A DNA stretch of 64,000 bases from the human T2T-CHM13v2.0 reference genome, Homo sapiens. The position numbers and the translations under genes were made by a program. Where the stretch lies: NCBI RefSeq assembly GCF_009914755.1, contig NC_060940.1; one strand, 5' to 3'. Below are positions 61,758 to 64,000 of this stretch, piece after piece (the stretch's first letter is position 1; the number at the start of each line of letters is the position of its first letter). The notes beneath the pieces are model-generated. The model saw only the letters and a program-made list of their open reading frames with translations. It was not told the DNA's origin and did not search any database.

Positions 61758-64000
61758 ATAGATGTTCTGTAAAAATATACACAATTTTTACAGACAAATA
61801 CATTTATAAGTTGTTTTTATCTTAAAAATTGGGGATATTTCATATTTATAACTAATTATTGAGCCTTAAGTTTTCTTGGCCATTTCTAGGCTAATAAACT
61901 AAGAATCATGTAAACTAAGCCAAAGTAGAATAGTCATAAAAGTCCTGAACACTTCAACTTCCTATTCTTCAAGAAGTATACTTGGCAAATCTCATTTGAG
62001 AGAGGAAAAGCTTTCCTCCACCCTCTGTTTTACAGCGCTGAGGCTTCTCATCACATTTCTATGACTTGTAGCTTAATCCATGTTACATGGTCACTGGCAT
62101 TATTAGTGCTTCTCTTTTAACACTGTAGGAATTAATCAATTTGGTGGTGTATTTAATTAATTCTATCACTAGAGGATTGTAAAATTACATATATGAATAC
62201 CTCACTTTAGAGGCCACTTAATTTTTTTCCAAGGGGATATTTGACTATATTTCACTTGTGTCTTAATGATTTTATAATTTAAACCCTAAATTATAAATCT
62301 AGAATTTAGAAAGTATATTTCCTCACTGGATTACATTTTTGGAAATATTATTTTATATGTGCACAAATATTACAAAATCACTGTAGACACCTGAAAACTA
62401 TATTATCTTTTAAAGGCAATATTCTACATTAAACTGCTATAACAAAATTGTTTGGTGCATTTTTTCTAGTACATTTTGTATATATTACATGTTTAACCTT
62501 TTTTTTATCCAGCAAATAATTTTTGAGTATCCACTAAGTGCTAGGTTCTGCATGACTAACTGAATTTAAAGAGTGAAATAACAGACATGGTCTCAGACAA
62601 TACAAATTAACATTAGGTCACCTATTTATATATTTTTAAATGGTAATTATGAAAACTTTTTGAGATTTTTAACTAGATAACATTATAATAACACACTTGA
62701 TGTTGTTAATATTTGCCAGTGAGCAAAAAAGAAAATAAAAAGATGGTTTTATTCAATATACACTTTAAAATTGCAGGAAATAGTCAAGTTTCTCTGCTTT
62801 GCAGTTGAATGTCTATGTGTTTTTCTCTGCAACTTGGCTTTTGTGGAGTGAGAGAAACAATTATTCTTCCAGCCCAATGAAGGCAGAAGAGTAACAATAA
62901 ATCTAATATTTTAAATGCTTATCAAAAGGTAGTAAACATATTATTTCAGAATACTGAGATCAATAAGTTGACCTAGAAAAAAAGCCAAACTGACAGTATT
63001 ACTGAATAAGGAAAGGCCCAAAGAGACAAAATACTTATTATTTTGTAACCTCGGTATGACACAACTTACCCTAACTATAAAGACCCTAAATTACCAAGAT
63101 GGGTGCTTATAATATGGAGAGTAAAAAAAGTCATTTCACTTTTAGCTTTTTTATTTCTCTCAGAATAAAAAGTGTATAAGGAGTTGATAAAGAAGTTGAT
63201 ACTATAAGTTAGTACTACAATGACAGCACTTTTCAAGAAAAGACTTTTTTCTCTCTTACAAATATCATGTTAGCAGTATTTGTTTTCTCCAGAAATAATG
63301 AGGAAATAAAAACATAAGTATGTGGGTAATTAGTGTAGTTTCTTAAAGAAATTAGTTAGGCAACAGGCTAATAATGTATACTTCGCTGGCTTTTGAATGC
63401 CAACAATCATATTTTTTATAAGGCACAGGGAAGATTTTTCTAAAGAACAAGTATGTGAACCTGAAAAGTAATCACCACTTGGTAGTGACAATATGGATAG
63501 GGTGAAGGGCGTCACCAAGAAGCAATGAAAAGATACATTTGCAGTTAAATTTGAAAACCATGATGTTTAATACATATAGTAATAAAGAATACTTTCTCCT
63601 GTTTCAAAATTATTTTAGAATTTAAGATAGAAGCTAAAATACCTAGGGATAATGATATGACTATTGAAAATTAAAAATTAAAGGACATTTTGAGTATTAG
63701 AAGTTAAGAATGAGAACTTATTACCCAATGAACAGGGGATAATTCATTATGCTCCATATCCATTGAATTAAAAGACAGGCCCATTACCTGGATAATTTGA
63801 AAGTTTAATTTTATTTAAAAGTCTTGTTTCATTCATCAAGCTAAAGGATTAGCTCCCAGAAATATTCTAGGATTGCATATCCCCAACTCTGTAGGAAGTA
63901 TAGAAAGAATGTTATAAGGGCCACCACCTAAACATTATTATGTAAATAATTTAGTACCATTCCATTTGCCTTTGTAGATTTAAAAATGTAAATGGCTTTC

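Overview
This is primate (human/great-ape type) non-coding DNA. I find no credible protein-coding gene, RNA gene or CRISPR-like system; the ORF track is explained by Alu, L1 and tandem repeats. The window reads as a mosaic of blocks. (A) 1-31,750 is extremely Alu-dense and minisatellite-rich, with many local tandem, inverted and templated duplications and MLT1-derived tandem repeats. I infer a resemblance to distal Xp22.3/PAR1-type DNA but cannot map it here. (B) About 31,750-33,546 is a 1.8-kb alpha-satellite island with an exact 171-bp period, A/B alternation, a 684-bp 4-mer echo and two intact CENP-B box cores, fused directly to a truncated Alu. (C) About 33,550-41,690 is old euchromatin-like DNA (MIR, L2, MLT1, MER58, hAT fossil). 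(D) About 41,700-51,850 holds L1/Alu debris, a 3.25-kb strand-asymmetric (GGCT/GGCTT)n array, a ~171-bp GC-rich triple repeat and an L1-derived 159-bp tandem repeat. (E) About 51,850-64,000 holds an ERV1 LTR, MIR/MLT1, GC-rich unique DNA, an L1PA 3' end and AT-rich DNA. The layout fits a pericentromeric or acrocentric-arm segmental-duplication mosaic (inference). The most interesting signals are structural: satellite-marked block junctions, fold-back templated junctions at Alu ends, a recurrent non-consensus Alu variant confined to blocks A and D, and retroelement fragments turned into tandem repeats. Coordinates and subfamily calls are by eye and approximate.
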